Source: Candidatus Latescibacterota bacterium (GTDB taxonomy: Bacteria; Latescibacterota; UBA2968; UBA8231). From it: a stretch of DNA of 64,000 nucleotides. The notes under the pieces were generated by a model, which worked only from the letters and a program-made list of their open reading frames with translations, made no database searches and was not told the DNA's origin. How positions within the stretch are numbered: the first letter of the stretch is position 1; every line of letters starts with the position of its first letter. The position numbers were made by a program, and so were the translations under genes. The stretch lies in contig CBDCXV010000011.1 of assembly GCA_965223905.1 (NCBI GenBank), positions 1,248,001 to 1,312,000 on the forward strand, written 5' to 3'. Shown piece by piece: positions 1 through 9,099 of this stretch.

Positions 1-157
1 AAAATTCAACCTTTTCTCCCGCTTGCGGAAGTAGGGCCGCATCGGCGCCGCGGAACCAGATCAGGACCGGCGGTTCGCCGCAGCTGCCGGAAGAATCGCC
101 GGAACCGTTCAAGGCCACTTCCCCTTTCCGTGAGAATCCCCTGCAAGGGCATTTCTC

Positions 158-2468
158 CTAGCGCATCACCCGGAAGCGGGCGCGGTCCCGGAAGCCGTGG
201 GCGTCGACGATCTCGAGCGCGTGGGCTCCCGGTTCCAGCGAAACCGCCATGCGGTGGCGGTTGACGGTCCGGCCCAGAAAGCGGCGATCGACGTACCAGA
301 ACAGGGCGCGGTCGCGATCCCTGTGGGCGGCGCTCAGGACGATCTTCCGCCGCTTGCCGTCGAAATCCCTGCCGGTCTGCAGGCGCGCCCCCGGGGTCGG
401 GTAGAGGACCTTCAGGGGCCGGGTCTCGAGCTGCGCCGGGCAGTCCGCCTTGTGGGGCGGCGGAGCCTCGAGCGCCTGTCCCCGCTCCCGCAGGTACTGC
501 ACGACATCGGGGGGATAGACCGTTTGCCGCGCCGGGCGGTGGTCGCCCGGCTTCCAGCACAGCGAGCAGACCTGGCGGGTCCCCGCTCCGTTGAGGACGA
601 TCCCGCGATGGTAGGGGCAGCGGTCCATGGGCCGCATGTGCCGGGGAGCCCGGGCCCGGGTCGGATGAGGGCAATGGGGGCCGGCGGGCCGGCCGCTGTC
701 GCGGCAGAGGGTGACGGTCGCCAGATCGGCTTCGGGCCGGGGAAACCAGGCGCGGTCGAGGTCCTTGGGCACGCGGTTGAAGATGTCGAACAGCAGGGGG
801 CCGGCGGTGCGCGCCCCGCTCAGCTCCGGGTTCCCCTCCCCCGGGAAGTTGCCGACCCAGACGGCGATGGTCCACGAGGGACTGACGCCGACCGCCCAGG
901 CGTCCCGCTGCCCGTAGCTGGTCCCCGTCTTCCAGGCCAGCGGCCACTGGTCCTGGTACTGGTGCCAGTAATGCTCGACCCCAGGCCGCCGCACCTCGCG
1001 CAGGGCCTCGAGCACGAGACAGGCGGCCCCCGGGCTGACGAGGGGCGCCGCGGCCGCCGGTTCCGCCTCCCCCTGCAGGCATGTGAGGGGCTCGATCCGC
1101 CCGCCTCGGGCGAGGCCGCGGAAGAGCCTGGCCATGTCCCGCAGGGTGACCTCGGCGCCGCCGAGAATCAGCGGCAGGCCGTAGTCGTCGGCAGGGCGCA
1201 CCAGGGTGGAGACGCCGGCATCCTGAAGGAAGCGGTAGAAATTGAACAGGCCGTAGCGCCGCGAGGAGGCGCACCGCCGGGACGTTGAGGGAACGGACCA
1301 GGGCCTCTTCGGCCCGCACCAGGCCGTCGTAGCTCTCGTCGGCGTTGCGGGGAGAGAAGCCGTGATAGTAGGTGGGGACGTCCTTGACCAGGGTCCCGGG
1401 AAGGACCAGGCCCTCGTCCATGCTCAGGGCGTAGAGAAAGGGCTTGAGCAGCGAGCCTGAAGAGCGCGGCGCGACCACGCCGTCGACCTGTCCCTGGTGC
1501 TCCGGATCGAAGAAGTCCCGCGAGCCGACCCAGGCCCTCACTTTCCCGCTGCCGGTCTCGACCAGCAGGGCGGCGCCGTTGCCGATGCCGAGGTGGTCGA
1601 GGTAGCGCAGGTGCCGTGCGACCAGGGCTTCGAGGTCCCGCTGCAGGCCGGCGTCCAGGGTGGTTCGGACGATGCGGCCCCGGCGGGCGCTCGCCAGCGC
1701 CCGCGACAGGTGGGGCGCCGTCACCGGCAACGGAAAGGCCCGCTCCGGCACCGGTTCGGCCACCGCCAGGCGCAGGGTCTCGGCGTCGAAATACCCGGCT
1801 CGCTGCAGGCCGGCGAGCAAACGGTTTCGCTTTTGCGCCAGGCGCCGCGGGTCCGCAGTTGGAGAGACGAGCCCCGGGGCGTTCGGCAGCACCGCCAGGG
1901 TCGCCGCCTCGCTCCAGGTCAGCTCCCCGGGCTGCTTGCGGAAGTACCTGCGGGAGGCCGCCCGGTAGCCGACGATGTTGCCGCCGTAGGGGGCGTGGTC
2001 GAGGTAGAGGCGCAGGATCTCCTCCTTGGGGGTGTGCAGCTCGATCCTGAGCGCCAGCAGGGTTTCCAGGGCCTTGTTGAACAAGGTGCGGGGCTTGGGG
2101 CGCATCAGCCGCGCCACCTGCATGGTGAGGGTGCTGGCGCCGCTGCGGACCTGCCCGGCCTCGGCGTTCTGGTACAGGGCGCGGACCAGCGCCAGCGGGT
2201 CGATGCCACGGTGGCCGTAGAAGCGCCGGTCCTCGAACCGGAGGACCGCGGCGCGCAGCTTGAGTGGGACGGCGAGGCTGGAATCGGGGGGAAAGCACCA
2301 CTGCTCCCCCTCGTTGAGGAAGGCGCGCAGGAGCCGGCCCTCGCTGTCGAGGATCAGGGTGCTGTAGTCCGGGGCGAACAGGGACCGCGGCAGGGGGAGG
2401 AGGAAATACAGGACCGCGCCGATGGCCGGCACGGCGAGGAGATACAGTCCCCACCTGGCGATGCGCAT
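158..2468 (-). CDS. pbpC: Penicillin-binding protein 1C, split by one frameshift near 1262
   Basis: Transglycosylase motifs FEDRRFY and GASTLTMQVARL; transpeptidase motifs SLLKPF and SLN; second frame (158-1201) has KTGTSYG and the PBP1C C-terminus. Directly downstream of alpha-2-macroglobulin. Confidence 0.9.
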
Positions 2469-2497
2469 GGCACCGGATTCTCCGCGGCGGTTCGGTC

Positions 2498-5400
2498 TCA
2501 CGGCCCCACAACGACCTTGCGTCCGGCCCGGCGGGCGCGGAAGTCGCGGTCGTACATCGCCTCCACCTGCGTCGGCGGCAGGAAGAATTCCCCCCGGGTC
2601 ACCGCGTTGAGCTTAAGGGCGAAGTCGAGGCTGCCCCTCCGGGGCAAGTCGAAGAACCAGTCGGCGCGGTCGTCGCGGATATCGAGGTATTCCTCGGCGT
2701 TGAGCCGCCACTTCTTCATCCAGCCGGGGCGGGCATCGGGGGTCAGCCGCGTGTTTTCAATCTCCCATCCGGCAGGCAGCAGTTGGGTGAGGGCCACTTC
2801 CTCCAGGGCCTGCTCGCGGCTGGGGTTGCCGACGCGGATATGCCCCCAGAAGCTGGTCCCCCGGGACAGGGTGTCCGGGTCGATGCGCATCCCGTCCTCG
2901 TCGAGCCACTGCACCGTCAGCCTGATACGGGACTCTTGGTCCTCCACCTCGGCGCGCAGGGGCACCCCTTCCCAGTCGAGGGCGGCGAACGCCCGCTCCA
3001 CCGAGTTGGTGGAGTCGAGCCGCACCTCGGCGTCGCCTCCGAAGCCGCTGGTGATCTCCAGCTGGTATCCCAGGGACTCGGTGCTGAAGGGCAGGGATTC
3101 CCCTCCGGGCAGACGGATGCTGCCGGTGAGCGGTTCCGGTGAACCGCCGCCCCGCTGCAGGGAGCGGGCGTACTTGCCCAGGGCCAGCAGCGCCACGCTC
3201 GTCGTCTGGGTGGAGTGCCATCCCCTTTTCATTTCGAGAGCCACCTCCCTGGCCAGCGCGTCGGCGGCATGCCAGCGCTCGAAGGAGACCAGGGCGTCGA
3301 GGATGAGGGCCCGGTCGCGCAGGTCCGAGCCGTAGGTGTTGCCCGATTCCCGGTACTGCTCGACCTCGACCCCGGCGCCGCGGGCGATCTCGTCGGCCGT
3401 CGCTTCGATCCCGGCGTGCAGGTAGGCCGCGGCGAGCATCCACTTCTCCGCGTTCTTCATGCTGCCGAGCTCGTTCTCCTTGAGCAGGTTCATCGCCCCT
3501 ATGGCCGGATCGCCCGCCAGGGCCAGCAGGTAGACCCGGTACACGCGCGCCTTCAGGAGGTCGCGGGTCAGGGGGGCCTGGGCGTGCTGGTAGCGGAGCC
3601 ATCCCTGGAGCATGTCGTCGGGCACGTGGTAGCCGAGTGCGCGGGCCTCGATCAGGAAGTGGCCGGCGTAGTTGCTGCCCCACAGCGAAGGGGAGCGCTG
3701 GCCCGGCCACAGGCTGAAGGAGCGGTCGGGCAGCTGAAAGCGCCGCATCCTCCGGATCGCCTTGTTCACGCGCTCGTCGATATCGGCGGCGACGAGGCCG
3801 CGCTCCTCCGGCTTCAAGTCGAGCAGGTCCTTGAGATACAGCTGGGGAAAGACCGAGGAGACGGTCTGCTCCAGGCAGCCGTACGGGTAGCGCACCAGGC
3901 GCAGCATCTGGTTGTCGAGGTTGAAGCCGGGGCGGCGGCGCACGCTGATCCGCGCCCGGTTGGTGCCGGGCATCCCCTTGTCCGGCACGGTGAAGGTCAC
4001 CGACCCGCCGGGGCTCACCCCGCGCTCGTCGCTCTCGTAGACAGTCGGGGACGAGGCCCGGACCTCGATATCGGTCCGCCGCGAGGCGCGAGCCGAGGCC
4101 GCCGCGGCCTCCACCCGCACGGTCGCCGGCCCCACGGCCATGTCGGCCTGCAGCTCGAAGGTCAGGTCGCGTTCCCCCGCGCCGGCGAACTCTACCTGCT
4201 TGCGCGCCTCCCCGGCGACGGCGAGGGGACCCTGCACTTCGATCGACACCTCGACCGTCCCCAGGCTCCCGGCCATGGCGAAGGCGGTGACCGGCACCGC
4301 GATCCGGTCTCCGGGGCCGATGACCCGGGGCAGGGTCGAAAGCACCATCAGGTCGCTCTTGACCTCCACGGTCTTCTCGGCGTGGCCGAACCTCCTCCCC
4401 CGGGCACCCACCACCATGGCGCGCACGGCGCCGACGTAGTTCGGCATGGTGAACGCCACCCGGGCGCGGCCGGCCGCATCGGTATCGAGGGGGCCGGCGA
4501 ACATGGAGACCGCGGGAAAGCGCCGGCGCCGCTGGCGCTGCGCCCGCTCCTGGGCGGCGAAACCGCCGCCGATGGAGAAGACCCGGAACGGGTCCCCCCT
4601 GGCCACGCCGATGACGTGGGCGAACAGGTCGAAGGTGCGCACCCCCAGGCGCCGTTTGCGGAAGAAGGACTCCCACGGGTCCGGGGTGTGGAAATCAGTC
4701 AGGGCCAGCAGGCCCTCGTCGACCACGGCGACGGTGAACGCCGCCGAGTCCGCGGCGCTGTGCACCTCGACCTCGAAAGGCTCCCCGGGACGCAGCAGGT
4801 CGGGCATGCGGATATCGAAACCGAGGCGGGTGCCCGGATCGTCGACCTGTATGGGAACCACCCCGAAAAGGCGCATGGGCCGGTCGTTCCCGGTCTGGGC
4901 GTGGGGCTGAATGAGGGAGACGGAGGCGTAGGCCGTGGGGATCATCCCGTCACTGACGGGAACCGGGATGCGAGCCTCCTCCCGGGTGCCGTCGAGGCGG
5001 TACCACCGGGAGTCGAGGACCCGGCCTCCCTGTTCCAGCGAGAACAGGATCGAGCCCTCTCCGGGCACGGGAAAGCTGACGACGGCCTCGTCGCCGGGCT
5101 GGTAGCGCTCCCGGTCGGTCTTCAGGGCCAGCACGCCGTCGCTGCCGCCTTCCGGGGCGCAGCCCCAGTGGTGGGCGCTCAGGAAGAAGGCCGCGGTATG
5201 GCCCCTGTCGTCGCCGTCGGCGACCTCTATCAGGTACTCTCCTCCCTCTTCCGGCTCGAAGACCAGATCGACCGGCGCCGGCGCGGAGAGGACCCGCTCC
5301 TCGGAGAGGAGCTCGGTGCCGCGGTCGCTCTTGAAGCGCCGCCGGAAGGCCTGGCGGTTCTCGTATTCCCACCACCAGTGGGTCATTCCCCGGTAGACGC

Positions 5401-8065
5401 GGTAGCGCAGGTTGCGGCCGGCCACGAGGTTGCCCTCGACGTCGGCCACGACCGCGGGGATGCGCAGCGGCGACCCGACCCGGGTATAGCCGTAGTCGAG
5501 CTCCGGTTTCTGCAGGCCGACGTAGTGATCGTACGGGTCGATGGGGAGCCGCAGCCGGCGGTGGTTGGGGCGGCCCCCCTTCTCCAGCACCTTGGCCGTG
5601 AGCAGGGCCTGCAGGGCGGAAGGCACACCTGCCATGTCCGGAAGGGTCCACTCGACGGCCGCCCGCCCCTTGGCGTCGAGCCGGCCCTTGAAGATCACCG
5701 CCTTCACCGGCTGGTAGTCGATCAGCTCGTTGGTGAAGCTGAAGCCCGAGAAGCCCGCAAAGGTTTTTTCCGCGCTCTGCAGGGAGACGGCCAGCTCCGC
5801 CTCCAGCCCGGCAGCGGGACTGCCGAACAGGTAGGCGCTGCGCAGCTCGGCCCCGAGGACCCCGTCCCTGCCCAGTCGCTCCTCGGCCACATCGATTTCG
5901 GTCTTGAGCCGGAAGGGGACGATGGTCTCGATTTTCAGCACATGGTCGAAAGTGCTGTCCCCGATCAGCACCCGGGCGCGCCAATTCCCCGTGGGATCGC
6001 CGGGACCGGTGGCGAAGGAGAAGCTGTACAGCCCTTCCCGACCCCCTCTGCGCACCTGCTGAAAGACCATCTGACCCCGGGGGTTGAAAATCCTGCAGGT
6101 GGCGGGATGTCCCTCCGGGAAGGTGAAGTCCTGGTGGCGGGCGATGACGGAGATGTTGATCTCGTCCCCGGGCCGGTACACCCCCCGTTCGGTGTAGATG
6201 AAGGCGCGGGTGCCCGGCAGCGACTCGGCGCCGCCGGTGTCGAAGCTCGACAGGTTCCAGGCCATGTCCCCCGGTTTGACCAGGCTGCGCTGGCCCCGGT
6301 GCTCGGCTTCGACGTAGAAGACCTCCTCCTCCACGCCATCGAAACGCGCCATCCCGCGGCCGTCGGTGGTGCCTCTGGCCGCGATCTGGTTCTGGTAGGT
6401 GCGCAGGGTGACCTCGACTCCGGGCAGGGGCCGGGCATTGTCGATGCGGCTGGCGTACACGAGGTGCTGGTCGTGGCCGCGCTTCCAGGTCAGGCCGATA
6501 TCGCTGACGACCAGGGCCTTCCAGACCCTGCCGTGGGCCCTGACGTAGCCCTCGGATTGCGGATCGGAGTAGTAGGTGTCGTTGCGGCGACGCTGCTGGT
6601 AGTGCCGGCGAACCTCCTCGGCCCCGGCGGCCGCAGACCGGTACAGCATGTCGTCCCGGCCGAAGCTCAGGCCGACCAGGAAGAGGCCCCGTTCCCCCTC
6701 GGCGATCAGGGCGCCGAGATCGAGCTCGTGCTCCAGCCAGGCGTTGCGCCGGTCGGAGATCTCGAGGGTGTCGAGGGCGACCCGCACGCCGACGCGGCGC
6801 ACGTTGTAGTCCCGGAAGTTATCGCGCCGCTGCTTGCCGCTGTGCAGGCGCTCGGTCTGCAGAAACTGCCCGAGGTTGGAGGCGTAGACCTTCTTCACCT
6901 CCAGAACCACGCGGGCCAGGTTCAGGGTGGCGAAGCGCAGCCGCTTGTCCCTCGACGACGGCAGGAACATCCCGTCGCGGGCGAAGCGGAGCTGCGGCTT
7001 GCGGTCGGCGAAACCGATCTCCCGCGGCGTCGCTTCCCCGGTGCGGGTGCCCCAGCGGCTGCGGATGCCGGCATGGACTTCCAGCTCATAGGTGCGTCCG
7101 TGGGCGAACTCCCCGTCGACGAGGATCTGCTTCCCCGAAGCCTTCAGGCGGACCGGCACCTCGGGCCGCACCTGGACGAGCCCCTCGATATCCTGGCGCA
7201 GGTCCAGCTCGTCGGAGAACCGCAGGGTCAGCCGCGGGTAATCCCCCTCCTCTTCCTTCTCGACCTTCTCCAGCCGCATCTCCTGCAGCGGGGCCAGGGA
7301 GATCTCCTTTCGGTACTCGTGGGAGATCTCCAGTCTGCCGTCGTCTACGGTCAGCTCGAAATTCTGCCGGGTCGTATCCCTCCGGATGGCGGCGCTGGTG
7401 AAGGTGAAAACCTTGCCTGCCGCGTCCCCCTCCCAGTCCAGGTTCAGCAGGGTCTCTCCCCGGCGCAGGGACACCGCCTCCCGCACCTCGGGAAGACCGG
7501 CCTCCTCGGTCAGCTCGAGGCGGCCCCCGTAGACCAGGTAGCGGGGGTCGTCGGAGGCCTTCAGGTCGAAATCCCCTTCGAGAGAGAGGATCTCGCGGCC
7601 GGCGACGGTGAAGTCGAAGTCCAGGGGCTGCAGGCCGGCGCGCCGCGGCAGGAGGGCGGCAAGATCGAGGCGGCCCCGGTACTGCTGGCGCGCCGGCAGG
7701 GACCGGTTGGGGCGAAAGACCAGCTCGCGGGTCGTTTCCCACAGGGCCATGCCGTCCAGCGGCGGGGTGAAGGTGAACACCCGCTTCTTCAGGGGGTGGC
7801 CGGCCAGACTGGAGTCGACGGCCGGCTTAATAAACCGGACTCTGACGGCGTCTCCCGACGACACCGTTCCCGACGTCACCGTGCTGACCAGCCGGGCGGT
7901 TTCCGGCGTCACCGTTCCCGGCAGGTCCTCCACCGGCTCCCGGGCGCAACCCAGGGCCAGGGCGGCCACCGGCAGGAGGCGTTTGACGAGGTATTCGGCG
8001 GTCCGGCTGCAAACTCGCTGATCCCGGGAAACCTTCCTTTCCGGGTTCGAAGTCGGTTGGTCCAT
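2498..8065 (-). CDS. yfhM: Bacterial alpha-2-macroglobulin (lipoprotein)
   Basis: 1855 aa; lipobox-like LALGC; YTERGVYRPG MG2 motif; thioester motif YPYGCLEQ; classic pairing with pbpC. Confidence 0.93.
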   Translation of the reverse strand: MDQPTSNPERKVSRDQRVCSRTAEYLVKRLLPVAALALGCAREPVEDLPGTVTPETARLVSTVTSGTVSSGDAVRVRFIKPAVDSSLAGHPLKKRVFTFTPPLDGMALWETTRELVFRPNRSLPARQQYRGRLDLAALLPRRAGLQPLDFDFTVAGREILSLEGDFDLKASDDPRYLVYGGRLELTEEAGLPEVREAVSLRRGETLLNLDWEGDAAGKVFTFTSAAIRRDTTRQNFELTVDDGRLEISHEYRKEISLAPLQEMRLEKVEKEEEGDYPRLTLRFSDELDLRQDIEGLVQVRPEVPVRLKASGKQILVDGEFAHGRTYELEVHAGIRSRWGTRTGEATPREIGFADRKPQLRFARDGMFLPSSRDKRLRFATLNLARVVLEVKKVYASNLGQFLQTERLHSGKQRRDNFRDYNVRRVGVRVALDTLEISDRRNAWLEHELDLGALIAEGERGLFLVGLSFGRDDMLYRSAAAGAEEVRRHYQQRRRNDTYYSDPQSEGYVRAHGRVWKALVVSDIGLTWKRGHDQHLVYASRIDNARPLPGVEVTLRTYQNQIAARGTTDGRGMARFDGVEEEVFYVEAEHRGQRSLVKPGDMAWNLSSFDTGGAESLPGTRAFIYTERGVYRPGDEINISVIARHQDFTFPEGHPATCRIFNPRGQMVFQQVRRGGREGLYSFSFATGPGDPTGNWRARVLIGDSTFDHVLKIETIVPFRLKTEIDVAEERLGRDGVLGAELRSAYLFGSPAAGLEAELAVSLQSAEKTFAGFSGFSFTNELIDYQPVKAVIFKGRLDAKGRAAVEWTLPDMAGVPSALQALLTAKVLEKGGRPNHRRLRLPIDPYDHYVGLQKPELDYGYTRVGSPLRIPAVVADVEGNLVAGRNLRYRVYRGMTHWWWEYENRQAFRRRFKSDRGTELLSEERVLSAPAPVDLVFEPEEGGEYLIEVADGDDRGHTAAFFLSAHHWGCAPEGGSDGVLALKTDRERYQPGDEAVVSFPVPGEGSILFSLEQGGRVLDSRWYRLDGTREEARIPVPVSDGMIPTAYASVSLIQPHAQTGNDRPMRLFGVVPIQVDDPGTRLGFDIRMPDLLRPGEPFEVEVHSAADSAAFTVAVVDEGLLALTDFHTPDPWESFFRKRRLGVRTFDLFAHVIGVARGDPFRVFSIGGGFAAQERAQRQRRRRFPAVSMFAGPLDTDAAGRARVAFTMPNYVGAVRAMVVGARGRRFGHAEKTVEVKSDLMVLSTLPRVIGPGDRIAVPVTAFAMAGSLGTVEVSIEVQGPLAVAGEARKQVEFAGAGERDLTFELQADMAVGPATVRVEAAAASARASRRTDIEVRASSPTVYESDERGVSPGGSVTFTVPDKGMPGTNRARISVRRRPGFNLDNQMLRLVRYPYGCLEQTVSSVFPQLYLKDLLDLKPEERGLVAADIDERVNKAIRRMRRFQLPDRSFSLWPGQRSPSLWGSNYAGHFLIEARALGYHVPDDMLQGWLRYQHAQAPLTRDLLKARVYRVYLLALAGDPAIGAMNLLKENELGSMKNAEKWMLAAAYLHAGIEATADEIARGAGVEVEQYRESGNTYGSDLRDRALILDALVSFERWHAADALAREVALEMKRGWHSTQTTSVALLALGKYARSLQRGGGSPEPLTGSIRLPGGESLPFSTESLGYQLEITSGFGGDAEVRLDSTNSVERAFAALDWEGVPLRAEVEDQESRIRLTVQWLDEDGMRIDPDTLSRGTSFWGHIRVGNPSREQALEEVALTQLLPAGWEIENTRLTPDARPGWMKKWRLNAEEYLDIRDDRADWFFDLPRRGSLDFALKLNAVTRGEFFLPPTQVEAMYDRDFRARRAGRKVVVGP

Positions 8066-8177
8066 CTGTGTCTCCTCCGTGGCTACTCTTTCGAACCTCG
8101 AGGTGCGAGGCCAGTTCCGGAACCGCTGCTCCGGGCTATCTGAGGTAGAGCAGCCAGCGTGTCCGGCGCCGCGGGCG

Positions 8178-8549
8178 TCACTGTATTGAATCGAGAACTT
8201 CGGCTACCGGAGGTGGTGCTGTTTCTCGAGCCAGTTTCCGGGCCACCAGGGCGTTCATGCTGATACCTGCCCGCGCTGCTTCCATCGCCAGCCGCCGATG
8301 CAGGCACTTGTCGATGCGCACGTTGAATTGACCGCTGTATTCCTTTCGGGCGGGGGCGACCGGCACCTGCTCACCGTGGGCCCGGTAGCTTTCCTTGGCC
8401 GCCTCCCAGGCTGCGGCCAACTCCTCCAGGGCTGCGGCCGGCGTGTCGGCAAAGGCCGAAATGGCGGGCATTTCCACCAGGTGCGCCAGCCAGTCCCTGT
8501 CTTCATCCTGAAAGAGATTGACCGAGAAGCCGTCGAAATCATCCTGCAT
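8178..8549 (-). CDS. hicB: HicB-family antitoxin with C-terminal ribbon-helix-helix
   Basis: N-terminal HicB fold (WLAHLVEMPAISAFADTP) and YSGQFNVRI..LHRRLA..A RHH motif; ATG at 8549 overlaps hicA end. Confidence 0.88.
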   Translation of the reverse strand: MQDDFDGFSVNLFQDEDRDWLAHLVEMPAISAFADTPAAALEELAAAWEAAKESYRAHGEQVPVAPARKEYSGQFNVRIDKCLHRRLAMEAARAGISMNALVARKLARETAPPPVAEVLDSIQ

Positions 8550-8783
8550 CGCCCGATTCCTCCGCAAAATGCCGCAAGAATTGCTTGACTTGATAACCTT
8601 TGGCCCGGTTTCCCTTGGCCTGGATCGACAAGCGCACTCCTTGGGGCGAATACCAGATCCGGTGCGAGCCCCGTTGCCGGTCAAAGGTCCATCCGCACTG
8701 TGTCAGCAAGGTTTCGAATTCGTTGAAGCGCAACCCGTTGGGGGTTCGGATTGCCCTGTCGAGCAGCATTTCCTTGCTGACAT
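8539..8783 (-). CDS. hicA: HicA-family toxin; likely start 8783 is out of frame with the body by 1 nt (in-frame ATG at 8769)
   Basis: RQRGSHRIWY and AKGYQVKQ HicA motifs. Confidence 0.85.
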
Positions 8784-8784
8784 A

Positions 8785-8802
8785 GTAACTGTATACGGTT
8801 AC
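8785..8802. promoter_or_regulatory. Imperfect palindrome GTAACTGTATACGGTTAC, probable hicAB operator overlapping the promoter
   Basis: 18-bp inverted repeat with one mismatched pair just upstream of ATG 8783; minus strand shows TTGCAT-16-TACAGT. Confidence 0.55.
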
Positions 8803-9099
8803 ACCGAAGATGCAAGGAGGGTGGTTATCTGATCGTCCAGACCAGCTGCCTCAGGGTCTGATGTTGCGAGGCCCAAGGCATCTCGTGGTGTTGGATCTGG
8901 GTGAATGGGACCCGGCGACACCTTGATTGAATGGAACGCCCTGTCACGGGCCATCCACCTCCCGCGGGATTTGGACGCGGGCTTGGCAGTAGCCTGCTTG
9001 AAGGCGGCACTGGCCAGTTGCGAAAGTCCCAATCCGCGCCGGACGCCAAGCCCCGGCGCCGGCCCGGAGCCCCTCCGGCCTGTCCCCGTAACGGAGCCG

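Noticed and set aside
3215-8143. Very long antisense ORFs (also 8905-11697, 29780-32314, 39634-41667, 46993-48912)
   Set aside because: Shadow frames of GC-rich genes on the opposite strand; no recognisable motifs.
8820-9090. Resolvase remnant (GPGDTLIEW resembles RPGDTLVVW)
   Set aside because: The match is too short and lacks the other serine-recombinase motifs.
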